Virus record (IMG/VR): IMGVR_UViG_3300010354_000069
Coordinates: 8,244-72,243 of that record
Direction: 5' to 3' (one strand)
DNA length: 64,000 bases
Source: a virus
The notes under the pieces were generated by a model. The model searched no databases. It was not told the DNA's origin and saw nothing but the letters and a program-made list of their open reading frames with translations. Shown here piece by piece: positions 8,924 through 17,925 of this stretch. Made by a program: the position numbers and the translations under genes. The first letter of the stretch is position 1. Each line of letters begins with the position of its first letter.

Positions 8924-9546
8924 TGGACAGGAACTGCAAAGCCTGCAAGTTGGGGTGTGGAAGGGCTGTGCCTAGTCACGGTCCTTCTACCCCCAAGCTG
9001 TTGGTCATATCTGATTATCCCGGTGCAAAAGAGACCGAGCTGGGTCTGAACATGATGGGGCGCGCGGGGCAGCTACTTCGAGATGCTCTGCAAAACATTG
9101 TAGGGTTGGATCCAGAGCGGGATGTGTACTATGCAAACGTCATCAGATGTGAGCCCACCGACGGTGCCAAGAGCATCGGCAAGGCTGAGATCAATGCCTG
9201 CAAGAAGTTCACTCTTGAAGACATTCGCACGGTCAATCCCGCTGCAATTCTGATTGCCGGTAACTTGGCTTTTCAGACAGTACTGTCTCAGATCTACGCC
9301 ATGGAAAAAGACAGCGAGTCAGGCTTTAGCCTTAGTAAAGCCCACGGTTCGGTCTATGAGTACCTCGGCAAGAAGTACTTGGTTACTTGGAACCCGGCGC
9401 ACGTTGAGCAGTACAAGTTCAAGCAGAGAGTAGGCGGAACTGATCGCCGACCTCTTTACGAGGACTGGTATCCTACTGGGTCAGAGCCTTGGATGTTCAT
9501 ACGGGACATGCAAAAACTGAAGGCTCTACTGGATGCAGAAACGTGA
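8923..9546 (+). CDS. Uracil-DNA glycosylase family 4-like (Fe-S) protein with altered motifs
   Basis: CKACKL, G.AGQLL, NVIRCEP, EINACKKF; SDYPG and TWNPA replace GExPG and HP(A/S). Confidence 0.8.
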   Translation: MDRNCKACKLGCGRAVPSHGPSTPKLLVISDYPGAKETELGLNMMGRAGQLLRDALQNIVGLDPERDVYYANVIRCEPTDGAKSIGKAEINACKKFTLEDIRTVNPAAILIAGNLAFQTVLSQIYAMEKDSESGFSLSKAHGSVYEYLGKKYLVTWNPAHVEQYKFKQRVGGTDRRPLYEDWYPTGSEPWMFIRDMQKLKALLDAET

Positions 9547-9857
9547 AGGGGTATCAAGGGTGGAGTGGGCGGCCCAGAGAGTACAAGACAATCCGGGTCA
9601 GTCAGCTTCCCGAGCACATCTATAAAAAGTGCAAGCAGTACTTAAACGGTCGTAGGTGGACTACTGAAGAAGAAATCAACCGACTGCTTGCCCTAGAGAA
9701 GTTCGAAAGGAACGATCATGTCACAAAGTACCGATCTTCCTCTGGAACTGTTTCCAGAGAAGATTCACCAGCTCCGTACGGAGATGATGCAAGTAGAAAG
9801 GGAACTGAGTCAGCTGAAAGGGATTCGAGCGGAACGCAAGAATACACTGAAGAGTAG
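9543..9857 (+). CDS. Hypothetical protein
   Basis: GTGA overlap with the UDG stop; the 3' part overlaps the next gene by ~140 nt. Confidence 0.4.
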   Translation: MKGYQGWSGRPREYKTIRVSQLPEHIYKKCKQYLNGRRWTTEEEINRLLALEKFERNDHVTKYRSSSGTVSREDSPAPYGDDASRKGTESAERDSSGTQEYTEE

Positions 9858-10176
9858 TGAATGGCAAAGTCTTGGTAGCAACGACAAGATTCGTGACGCT
9901 AACTTCGAGCTGATACTTGTAAAAGACGAAGTCTACAAGACTACTAACCAGGATATAGAAAAGCTGGAGTGGGACTTGAACGAAGCCCAGTTCAACCTTG
10001 AAAAGTATGAAAACCTTTTCTCGGTAAAAAAGTTACGCCTTAGAGAACACATTGCTGGTATGGAGCTACAAGCTGCTACGGGTATCAAACAAGTAACTCC
10101 GGAACCAGCTGAAGTCGGTCTGCCTGCGGTACCCCCGGCGCCCCCACCACTCAAAGCAGGTAAGTTTCCATTCTGA
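9718..10176 (+). CDS. Coiled-coil hypothetical protein
   Basis: Heptad-rich helix with a Pro-rich tail; AAGGA SD. Confidence 0.7.
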   Translation: MSQSTDLPLELFPEKIHQLRTEMMQVERELSQLKGIRAERKNTLKSSEWQSLGSNDKIRDANFELILVKDEVYKTTNQDIEKLEWDLNEAQFNLEKYENLFSVKKLRLREHIAGMELQAATGIKQVTPEPAEVGLPAVPPAPPPLKAGKFPF

Positions 10177-10180
10177 AGGA

Positions 10181-12001
10181 ATGCACATGGAGAAGTTGAT
10201 TCTGACGTCACCTGCCGAGTTGCAGGAAGAAGGATTTGAGGTAGTTCCTGCAGAAACTCTGCTGGACACTCAGTTGTTCAAAGCCGCACGCAGTCGTATC
10301 GAACGAATTATTGACGGTACGCCTGAGCTAGCCCGGCGGGAAAAGCGTGAGTATCAGCTTCGCTATGCTGCCATGGGCTATTGTCGTGATCGTAATCTGT
10401 GGGCACACGAGCAGGGTTTGGGAAAGACCTATGAAACGATCCTGCTGATTCTGCTGAAGTACGGCGAGCAGCTCAAGGGCCGCGGTCACAAACCGCTGCG
10501 TCGGGGCACAATTCAAATTGTCGCCCCTAGGCACACTCTCAAGTTGGCTTGGTTGCAGGAGTTGAAAACCTGTGGCTTGGGTGACATGGTTGATGTCGTC
10601 CTTAACGAGCAAGACGCAGATCGCGCAACAAAGCCTATTTGGCTTCTGTACTTTGACCTGTTCAAACAGCAGAGCAAGCACGGTCAAAACCTCAAGAAAA
10701 AGGGCAAGATGCGCAAGCGCTGGCTCAAGAACAAGGAGACCGAGCTATATTTTCTTGGCCGGCCAATGTGGCGCAAGCTGCGGCAGAAGGCCAAACCGCA
10801 CATGCTGGTACTTGACGAAGTACACAACCTGAGGGAAGGTTCCGAGCGTACGGAAACCATGCTGCGTTACGCACGCGGTATTCGTAACATCTTGGCGCTG
10901 ACAGGCACACCGATTGACGGTTGGGTCAGCCACCTAGCCACGATTCTGGGGTTGGTGTACGGCGACAACTCGCAGGTCTTTCCTTGGTCAAGTACCGCTT
11001 TCACCAAGCGTTTTACCAGAGAACGCGTAGTTGACATGGACTATGCTACCGGTGAAGTCGGCGCCGACGCCAAGAAACGTGCCGCACCCGGCATCAATCC
11101 AGATCAAATTCCGGAATTCAGGCGGGCTACGATTCATCTAATGCACCGATTGATCATTAGAGATCCGGAAGTAACTGGCGTGAAGTTCCCTCCCGTAAAC
11201 TACCACTTGGTCAGCTGTCCCATGGACCCCGACCACATGGAGTATTACTACCGAGCGCAAACCAATGCACTGGTTGACATTCAGAACAACCTCAACGCTA
11301 TGGGCAACAACCGAAATTCGTTTCGCTTGCGGCAGAATGTGCTTGGTAGCATTCAAACCCTGAGACGGGCGGCTAGTTGCCCTTGGTCCATTGAAATGGC
11401 TCCCTACGGTTCTCGAGAAACTGCAAAGATTACTGAGACCGTAAACATATGCAGGCAGATGGCCGAGCAAGGCCGTAAGGTCATTGTCTTCACCAACTTC
11501 ATAGGAACGGGGAAACCCCTTGTAGATGCATTGCGCATCGCCGGACTGGAAGTAACCCGTATCTATGCCGAAGACAAAGCCGAACGACCTGCTCTGCTTA
11601 CGCAGGAAGCTCGGGAAGAGCGTATTGAGGACTTTCTTGAAGATCCTCGGATCAACGTATTGGTGGGGAACCTCACGCTGCTGTCCACTGGCTTGACCAT
11701 GGTGCAAGCATCAGTAATCATCAACCACGACCATGACTGGCGGGCAAATACCTACAGACAGGGTATCTCGCGTGTCGTTCGCCCTGGGCAGGTTCATAGT
11801 CATGTAGATGTGTACGACCTAGTTACCGAACGCTCGGTAGATGTCTACATTCATGCAGCACTCATGCGCAAGCTCGAAGCCACGGCGCAGGTGGTTGACG
11901 GCCAGTTTGTACTGGCAGATGATCCTGACAAGCTTGACGTTGATCCACTGTCCGTAGCCAAAGCCCTGATATCCGGAGATTTTGCAATTGAGTCACGATG
12001 A
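10181..12001 (+). CDS. SNF2-family helicase/translocase
   Basis: HEQGLGKT, LVLDEVH, LTGTP, KVIVFT, STGLTM, QGISRVVRPGQ. Confidence 0.9.
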   Translation: MHMEKLILTSPAELQEEGFEVVPAETLLDTQLFKAARSRIERIIDGTPELARREKREYQLRYAAMGYCRDRNLWAHEQGLGKTYETILLILLKYGEQLKGRGHKPLRRGTIQIVAPRHTLKLAWLQELKTCGLGDMVDVVLNEQDADRATKPIWLLYFDLFKQQSKHGQNLKKKGKMRKRWLKNKETELYFLGRPMWRKLRQKAKPHMLVLDEVHNLREGSERTETMLRYARGIRNILALTGTPIDGWVSHLATILGLVYGDNSQVFPWSSTAFTKRFTRERVVDMDYATGEVGADAKKRAAPGINPDQIPEFRRATIHLMHRLIIRDPEVTGVKFPPVNYHLVSCPMDPDHMEYYYRAQTNALVDIQNNLNAMGNNRNSFRLRQNVLGSIQTLRRAASCPWSIEMAPYGSRETAKITETVNICRQMAEQGRKVIVFTNFIGTGKPLVDALRIAGLEVTRIYAEDKAERPALLTQEAREERIEDFLEDPRINVLVGNLTLLSTGLTMVQASVIINHDHDWRANTYRQGISRVVRPGQVHSHVDVYDLVTERSVDVYIHAALMRKLEATAQVVDGQFVLADDPDKLDVDPLSVAKALISGDFAIESR

Positions 12002-12272
12002 ATACGATGAGCTAAGCTACAACACCGACTTTTCTCTGGATGAGCAAGAAGCCGAAGAGCGAAGCATTTCAGCAAAGCTACAGGACGAAGCAGATCTTGA
12101 TGAAGAGTTTGCAGACGCGCTAGCCAGAAGTATCCTCAAGGACATCCTGATCAAGTTCCGTCCGGACTTGTTCAGCACGTTCTCCGTCTGCCTAGTCTGC
12201 AACTGCTACTGGAACGGCACCCCTGATATCTGCGGCAACTGCGGCAAACGCCCGCAGCCCGCTATGCCCTGA
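11982..12272 (+). CDS. Acidic hypothetical protein with C-terminal zinc ribbon
   Basis: CLVC...CGNC. Confidence 0.55.
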   Translation: MQLSHDEYDELSYNTDFSLDEQEAEERSISAKLQDEADLDEEFADALARSILKDILIKFRPDLFSTFSVCLVCNCYWNGTPDICGNCGKRPQPAMP

Positions 12273-12276
12273 GACC

Positions 12277-13365
12277 ATGACATCAACACTAGCCCTTGAA
12301 AGCCGACCAGTCAGCTGGTCAACTCTGGTTGGACAAGACATTCCTCGCAAGGTCTTGTCCAACTCCATCATCAGCAATGACATTAAACCCGGCTACTTGT
12401 TTAAGGGGGCAAGCGGCTGCGGCAAAACGTCAGCAGCCTTGCTGTTTGCAAAACGGCTGAATTGCCTGCAGCCAGATGGCGCGGACCCCTGCAACGCGTG
12501 TACTTCGTGTGCGAGCATCGACAAAAACCTGAGTCATGACGTGAAGTACGTAGACGGAGCTGCCGACCGCTCAGTGATGTTTGTTAGAGATGTGCTTAGA
12601 CCATTCCTGACAACGACACCAATCGGCGGCAAGCACAGAATCGCTATAATCGATGAGGCGCACTTGTACAAGCAGGATTCCATCAGTGCATTTCTGACAC
12701 TGCTGGAACAACTGCCAAAAATGGCACCAAAATCATTGGTAATTCTCTGCACTACCGAAGGTGACCAGATTCCCGTTGCGATTCAAAACCGCTGTCTCTC
12801 ACTGAACTTTGCTCCCATCAGCACAGAGACCTTGGTTGATGCCATGCACAAGTTTACCGGTGAAGACAAAGCGGCACTAAAGGAACTGGCGGCTGCCTCT
12901 TGTGGCAGCTTTAGGACCATGTGGTCTTTCATGGAAGTCTGGGAACATACCGGTGAACCCTTGACCGAAGATCTTGTTATGCGAATGCTTGGTGGAATTA
13001 CCAAGTCAGAGCGTAACAACCTTTGGCGTTTGCTGAAAAACCGAAGGCTAGACCAAATACTCAGTCTGTGGCAAGCCTGGATGAAGCGAGGAGTAAATCC
13101 TACGGTTCTTGGTGCTTATATGTTGAAGGACCTTATTCACATGGCAGCAGCAGCGCCTGAAGCTGCAAACTGGTCTACAGCAATAGGAGCACTGAGTGCT
13201 GTACAAGTAAGTGGCACAGAATCCGCGTGGTTGCCCGCACTATACACATTATGCGGGCTGCCACTGGACTGCGAGAATGCCCAAAGGGTTGCACCAGAGG
13301 AACGGCAGCCCGTTTCACAAAGTACTGACAAGTTGCTGACCCGCTTGGCCTTCTTTGGTGCTTGA
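12277..13365 (+). CDS. dnaX: DNA polymerase III gamma/tau-like clamp-loader ATPase
   Basis: RP..W..LVGQ, YLFKGASGCGKT, LNC..PCNAC.SC, IIDEAH, LCTTE, IQNRC. Confidence 0.9.
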   Translation: MTSTLALESRPVSWSTLVGQDIPRKVLSNSIISNDIKPGYLFKGASGCGKTSAALLFAKRLNCLQPDGADPCNACTSCASIDKNLSHDVKYVDGAADRSVMFVRDVLRPFLTTTPIGGKHRIAIIDEAHLYKQDSISAFLTLLEQLPKMAPKSLVILCTTEGDQIPVAIQNRCLSLNFAPISTETLVDAMHKFTGEDKAALKELAAASCGSFRTMWSFMEVWEHTGEPLTEDLVMRMLGGITKSERNNLWRLLKNRRLDQILSLWQAWMKRGVNPTVLGAYMLKDLIHMAAAAPEAANWSTAIGALSAVQVSGTESAWLPALYTLCGLPLDCENAQRVAPEERQPVSQSTDKLLTRLAFFGA

Positions 13366-13406
13366 CACTCCCATCATTCAGAAGGATGATGGGAGTGCTT
13401 TTCTTT
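13366..13406 (+). terminator. Intrinsic terminator-like hairpin, overlapping a TTGACA at 13362
   Basis: CACTCCCATCATTC-AGAA-GGATGATGGGAGTG then CTTTTCTTT. Confidence 0.65.
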
Positions 13407-13416
13407 GGAGGCTACC

Positions 13417-13611
13417 GTGGCACAGCTACAGACAATTCTGACCAACTGGAAGAATGCCGCAACCCCGGTTTCGATTGTTCTTGCAGGTAATGTCGGCGTT
13501 TATGGAACTATCACGGATGACGGCGTTGGGCAGGATAGCATCGTGGTAAATCACGCTAATGCAGATACCGTCATTCCAAAGGCAGCAATTGCTTACCTAG
13601 CTAAGCGCTGA
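13417..13611 (+). CDS. Hfq/Sm-fold-like small protein
   Basis: LQTIL...PVSIVL....VYGTI...VIPKAAI aligns by eye with Hfq LQDPFL...PVSIYL..GIKLQGQI...MVYKHAI; GGAGG SD before GTG. Confidence 0.55.
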   Translation: MAQLQTILTNWKNAATPVSIVLAGNVGVYGTITDDGVGQDSIVVNHANADTVIPKAAIAYLAKR

Positions 13612-13838
13612 TGTCTCAGGGCTTCAACTTTCAGCGGCGCAAGCGTACCGCCGTCAGTTGTAGAAAGTGCGGTGAACACGTATGGATTTTTATCACAGAC
13701 TCGGAACTGTATAGAGACCGGTTCAGGCAGTGCGCCACCTGTGGAAAGATCTATCGAATGGACATGACGCCGTTAGACTTGAACTATGCTTGGCGGGACG
13801 GCATACCAATGCCGTTTGAAGTGAGGGAAGACCAGTGA
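13611..13838 (+). CDS. Zinc-ribbon protein
   Basis: CRKCG...CATCG. Confidence 0.65.
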   Translation: MSQGFNFQRRKRTAVSCRKCGEHVWIFITDSELYRDRFRQCATCGKIYRMDMTPLDLNYAWRDGIPMPFEVREDQ

Positions 13839-14167
13839 CTGTAGTAACCAATGAACTGATGGCTGCCTATGCAAATGAGCTGGTCATCGACCTTGAGCGT
13901 ATTTCGCGCTACAGGTTTGCTGCCTATTTGGTTTCGCCCCTGCGCACTACAGTTGCAGCTCACTTCGTTCGTCTTTATCAGCAAGAAAAGATCGAGTTCG
14001 AGCAAGCGCTCAACTACGTCGACATCCTTGAAGGCGAAACATCCTCTATTTCCATTCAACTGCGTCTGCCCAACCGCGCCGCAGTTACTAGCATCATTGC
14101 AAGCGCACTGATCAAGAGCGGATTCCGCCAAGCTGAAAGCGGCGACACGCTTGTGCTCGTTCTATGA
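13835..14167 (+). CDS. Hypothetical protein
   Basis: GTGA-coupled ORF within the operon. Confidence 0.65.
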   Translation: MTVVTNELMAAYANELVIDLERISRYRFAAYLVSPLRTTVAAHFVRLYQQEKIEFEQALNYVDILEGETSSISIQLRLPNRAAVTSIIASALIKSGFRQAESGDTLVLVL

Positions 14168-14280
14168 AGATTGACGAGGACCACGTTGAAGTAAGTATTA
14201 CTGAAGAAGTAGTACTCGTTCTATTTGGTCTTTTACTTGCAAGTACTCTTGTACTATACTTGACAGTATATGGGGCTTGA
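14164..14280 (+). CDS. Small membrane peptide (38 aa, not in ORF track)
   Basis: ATGA overlap; MKIDEDHVEVSITEEVVLVLFGLLLASTLVLYLTVYGA. Confidence 0.5.
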   Translation: MKIDEDHVEVSITEEVVLVLFGLLLASTLVLYLTVYGA

Positions 14281-14992
14281 CCTTAGTAACTGGCGGCAAT
14301 ACCTAGGTGTGCTGCACGTGGGCACATTGTGGAATATTCAGCGCCGTGGTGCTGGTGGCAGCTCTAAGTACCCTGGAAACTTCGTTCCTGAAATTCCGCG
14401 CAACCTCATGCTGCGCTTTACAGAGGAACAAGACACGGTAGTAGATCTGTTTGCCGGATCGGAAACCACGGCTGATGTCTGTGCCGAGTTGAACAGGCAC
14501 TACGAAGGATGCGACCTACGGCCGTATAGTCCTCGTACAGCGCAAGGCGATGCCAGATCTTGGCAGCCTCAGCAGAAAGCACAGCTTGTAATTCTGCATC
14601 CGCCATACGCCAATATCATCAACTACAACGATAAGCTGCAACCCAACAGCATGGATTTGTCATTGGAGCCGGAAGACTTTCTTGACGCGTTTAGCCATGT
14701 TGTCTACAACGCAGTCAGCATGACTAAACCCGGTGGTTACATTGCCCTTGTCATGGGAGACCTGTACAAAAGCGGCGAGTACTACCCACTTGGTTTCAAG
14801 TCCATGGAATTGCTACGACTACACCCAGAACTACTGTTGAAGGGTACGGTCGTAAAAAACTTTGGTGACGAAGTAAAGAACAAAGGTCGCTTCAAAAACC
14901 TTTGGTTCTACCGAGCGCTAAAAAACCGCTTGTTCGTTCTCGAGCACGAATACGTGTTCGTATTCAAGAAGAAAGACTACAAACGCAAGTGA
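14270..14992 (+). CDS. DNA amino-methyltransferase (N4C/N6A)
   Basis: YPGNFVPEI, VVDLFAGSET, LHPPY, KPGGY, HEYVFVFKK. Confidence 0.85.
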   Translation: MGLDLSNWRQYLGVLHVGTLWNIQRRGAGGSSKYPGNFVPEIPRNLMLRFTEEQDTVVDLFAGSETTADVCAELNRHYEGCDLRPYSPRTAQGDARSWQPQQKAQLVILHPPYANIINYNDKLQPNSMDLSLEPEDFLDAFSHVVYNAVSMTKPGGYIALVMGDLYKSGEYYPLGFKSMELLRLHPELLLKGTVVKNFGDEVKNKGRFKNLWFYRALKNRLFVLEHEYVFVFKKKDYKRK

Positions 14993-15801
14993 CCCAAATG
15001 CTTCACGGTAATCGTGAGCTGATGGTTGCAAGCACGGGCGGCGCAAAGCTGCTGGTTATGTCAGACGGTGAAATTCCGGAAACGGAGTTCATCGGCCTGT
15101 GGCATCGACGCAAGCTAAAACCCGAACCTATTGCAATCCTCAACCCACCCACCAAACCCTCCAAGGATTTCAAACCTGTTGCTGGTCATTTCCTGCTGTT
15201 TGATCAGGAACACAAACCGTACAAGGACGGCCTTACCAAGGAATGGTCAGCTTGGGCTCGCTCTAACAAAGTAGTTGTAACTACACTGCGAGAAGTACGC
15301 CCTGAACTGATCTATCAGTCTTTGATCGGCGGCGTTTTTGACATCACGTTCAGCGAAGAAGCAGCTGAATGGTACGTCCGCGTAGTAGGCACCAGCCTGA
15401 TGCGGCAGCAGTGCGAAATGGACAAGCTGCAAATGTGCGGTATTGACCAAGTTGACCTTGAAACTGCAGTGCGCGTTATCGGCGGTGCCGAAGACGTCAA
15501 AGCCGAGCGCATTCTCAAAGCACTGGGTACGGCAAAAGCCTGTGCGCTGGTGCTGGATGTGACGGCAAACAACGCCTACAGGTTGTTTACCTACTTAGAG
15601 ATTCCTCTGCGCAACCGCAAGAGTCCATGGCTGATCGCCTTGCTGGCCTTGCGGCGCGCAATGGAAATCAAGACTCTGGATTCGCAAAGTGCGCTGCAAC
15701 TGTTTGTACAGTACTGCTACCAAGCAAAGCGCAAAGGAGATGACTTAGGCCCTATGACAGACATACTGCGAATCGCCCGCTTGGATACTAGCCGTGGATA
15801 A
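14989..15801 (+). CDS. DNA polymerase III delta (HolA)-like clamp-loader subunit
   Basis: FSEEAAEWYVRVVGTSLMRQQCEMDKL...VDLETAVRVI resembles the delta lid domain; start uncertain (GTG 14989 or ATG 14998). Confidence 0.55.
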   Translation: MTQMLHGNRELMVASTGGAKLLVMSDGEIPETEFIGLWHRRKLKPEPIAILNPPTKPSKDFKPVAGHFLLFDQEHKPYKDGLTKEWSAWARSNKVVVTTLREVRPELIYQSLIGGVFDITFSEEAAEWYVRVVGTSLMRQQCEMDKLQMCGIDQVDLETAVRVIGGAEDVKAERILKALGTAKACALVLDVTANNAYRLFTYLEIPLRNRKSPWLIALLALRRAMEIKTLDSQSALQLFVQYCYQAKRKGDDLGPMTDILRIARLDTSRG

Positions 15802-16273
15802 TATTGAACTTGACCTTGAAGGTGGGATTATCACCTTTCACGGTACGTACAAGCCTACTGCAGGACCACTGCCAACCCTGACTTACACTTTGCGTGGGCT
15901 TTGGTTGCACGAAGAGATGCCAATCAGCATTGTCTTTGAAGCAACCAAAGTACCCACTCATGGGGGTGAGTTGATTTTCCACAAGTACGAGGGGGCATCC
16001 GTTGTACATCCCGGTCAAGCCAAGTACCGCTACTTTACGGTTGCTGGACTGGCGGGTATGATACTCTCACCGGAACACCTCAAACAAGCAGGTAACATCG
16101 ACATGTTCTGGTACTTGGCTCCCGGCGCCAACCAACGGTTGGTAGCGGAAAAGTATCCGAACCACCCCTGGGTAGACGTTTCCGACGTCTTGAACAACTA
16201 CCCACCCATGACGCTGGTACTCGCGTCTCCTGACCCCCTACCCGATGATTCACAAGGAGTCTCCACCCCGTGA
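15794..16273 (+). CDS. Hypothetical protein
   Basis: Coupled ORF. Confidence 0.7.
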   Translation: MDNIELDLEGGIITFHGTYKPTAGPLPTLTYTLRGLWLHEEMPISIVFEATKVPTHGGELIFHKYEGASVVHPGQAKYRYFTVAGLAGMILSPEHLKQAGNIDMFWYLAPGANQRLVAEKYPNHPWVDVSDVLNNYPPMTLVLASPDPLPDDSQGVSTP

Positions 16274-17232
16274 GCAATGAAAACGCTCTCACGACCAATG
16301 GCGGTAACGTACCGCTCGACGTTGTAACCAGCAAGAGGGTTGACCTCAGCCGCATTTACGCACAGATGCAGGCCATGGAAGCCGCCAGCCGCGGCGGTGG
16401 CGGCGGTGGCGGCGGTCAGTACAGCATGGTCGGCAAGACCAAAATCGAAGTCAACAAGAACGGCTCGTTCCTGTTTACCGACCCCTTCAGCGGCCGTAGC
16501 GTGGGGCACAAGAACATCACCATCGTCCCGGTCGAAGTAAAGTTCCAGCTGCAGCGCTGGCTTGCCGACGGTGAAGAGATTCCCGGCATTAACCCGGATA
16601 ATATCAAGGGACCACTTTGCCGCACTGCCAGCTTTACGGATCCAGTCGAAAAGACTACGAACACCGAAGGTTGGTTCCCGTTTCCGGCAATGTCACCTTT
16701 CCACGCGACGAAGATGCTACCGGACATCAGCGGCACCAACGGTCCCGACGGCCAGTCCGGCGAGACCAAGTGCTCCACCTGCCAGTACGCCCGCCAAGGC
16801 GTCAAAGGCGAGGAAGCTCGGTGCAAGCCCACCGGCATGCTGGAGTGCGTGGTGTTCAAGGTTGGTGACGACTGGCTGGTCGACGCCGAGGGCAACCCGC
16901 AGCCTATCTACGGTGTGGTCAAGCTGTCGCAGGTCAACATCATCTCCTTCAGTGAGTATCTTGATCAGCTGAAGAAGGTGCACAAGGTGAACCTGCCGCA
17001 GATTGCCATTTGCATGATGGAGTCCAACAAGGTCAGCCAGGGTGGTAGGACTTACGCTCGCGTGAACTTCCACCCCGTTGGCCGTGTCACGGAAGAGATT
17101 ACGGCTATGGTTGACAAGGCCATCGAGAAGACCGAGGCCATTCTCAACGAAGCTCGCAACAAGGAAGACGACAACGACGGCGCAATCGTCGAAGCCTCTG
17201 CCTCGTCGCGGAAGTCCGGCAACCCCTTCTAA
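16270..17232 (+). CDS. Putative ssDNA-binding/annealing protein
   Basis: Cys cluster (LCRT, CSTC, RCK), acidic tail ending NPF, high-expression codon bias, replication context; function inferred. Confidence 0.5.
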   Translation: MSNENALTTNGGNVPLDVVTSKRVDLSRIYAQMQAMEAASRGGGGGGGGQYSMVGKTKIEVNKNGSFLFTDPFSGRSVGHKNITIVPVEVKFQLQRWLADGEEIPGINPDNIKGPLCRTASFTDPVEKTTNTEGWFPFPAMSPFHATKMLPDISGTNGPDGQSGETKCSTCQYARQGVKGEEARCKPTGMLECVVFKVGDDWLVDAEGNPQPIYGVVKLSQVNIISFSEYLDQLKKVHKVNLPQIAICMMESNKVSQGGRTYARVNFHPVGRVTEEITAMVDKAIEKTEAILNEARNKEDDNDGAIVEASASSRKSGNPF

Positions 17233-17243
17233 GGAGATCAGGA

Positions 17244-17269
17244 CAGGGCAGGTAGCAATACCTGCCCTG
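17244..17269 (+). other. GCAA-tetraloop hairpin without a U-tract
   Basis: CAGGGCAGGTA-GCAA-TACCTGCCCTG. Confidence 0.6.
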
Positions 17270-17283
17270 CTTGCTACAACACC

Positions 17284-17913
17284 ATGAACATCGTCTACTT
17301 CGATCACGAAACGTCTGGTCTCAGCCCTCTTGAAGGAGCTGAGCCCATCGAAATCGCCGCTATCATGTTGGACCCGGATCTAACTGAGATCAGCCGATTT
17401 GGTCCCCGCCTCATGCGCTGCAACAAGCCCGAGCTAGCCAACCACAAGGCCATTGCTGTCAGTGGACACACGCTGGACGAGATTCAAGCGATTGGCGAAG
17501 ACCCCGCGCTAGTGTACGTCGAGTTCGTGACTTGGGTAATCGAGAACAGTAATGGTGCCAAAGTGTTGCCGGCGGGACACAATGTTCAGTTTGACATCCA
17601 GTTCCTTCGCTGGGCTTTCAAGGAGTACCTGCCTGATCTGGATTACGAAAAGGTCTTTGACTACCACAGCATCTGCACGTTCGTAGTCAGTTACTTCAAG
17701 AAGGTAATTTGCGAGCGCACCACCAAATCGGACGGTAGCAAGCTGAAGTGCAATCTTACAGCACTTGGCAAGTACTACCGTCTTGAGCATGACGCACACC
17801 AAGCCATGGGCGACGTTGAAGTCGGCGTGCAATTGATGCGTATCCTCAAAGATGAAATGCTCGGTTTGTCTGGCGTTCAGGTTGCTGGCAGCTTGCCTTC
17901 CAACTCAATGTAA
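17284..17913 (+). CDS. DEDDh 3'-5' exonuclease (DnaQ/epsilon-like)
   Basis: FDHETSGL, GHNVQFD, AHQAMGD. Confidence 0.9.
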   Translation: MNIVYFDHETSGLSPLEGAEPIEIAAIMLDPDLTEISRFGPRLMRCNKPELANHKAIAVSGHTLDEIQAIGEDPALVYVEFVTWVIENSNGAKVLPAGHNVQFDIQFLRWAFKEYLPDLDYEKVFDYHSICTFVVSYFKKVICERTTKSDGSKLKCNLTALGKYYRLEHDAHQAMGDVEVGVQLMRILKDEMLGLSGVQVAGSLPSNSM

Positions 17914-17925
17914 TGAGGTACCTAC

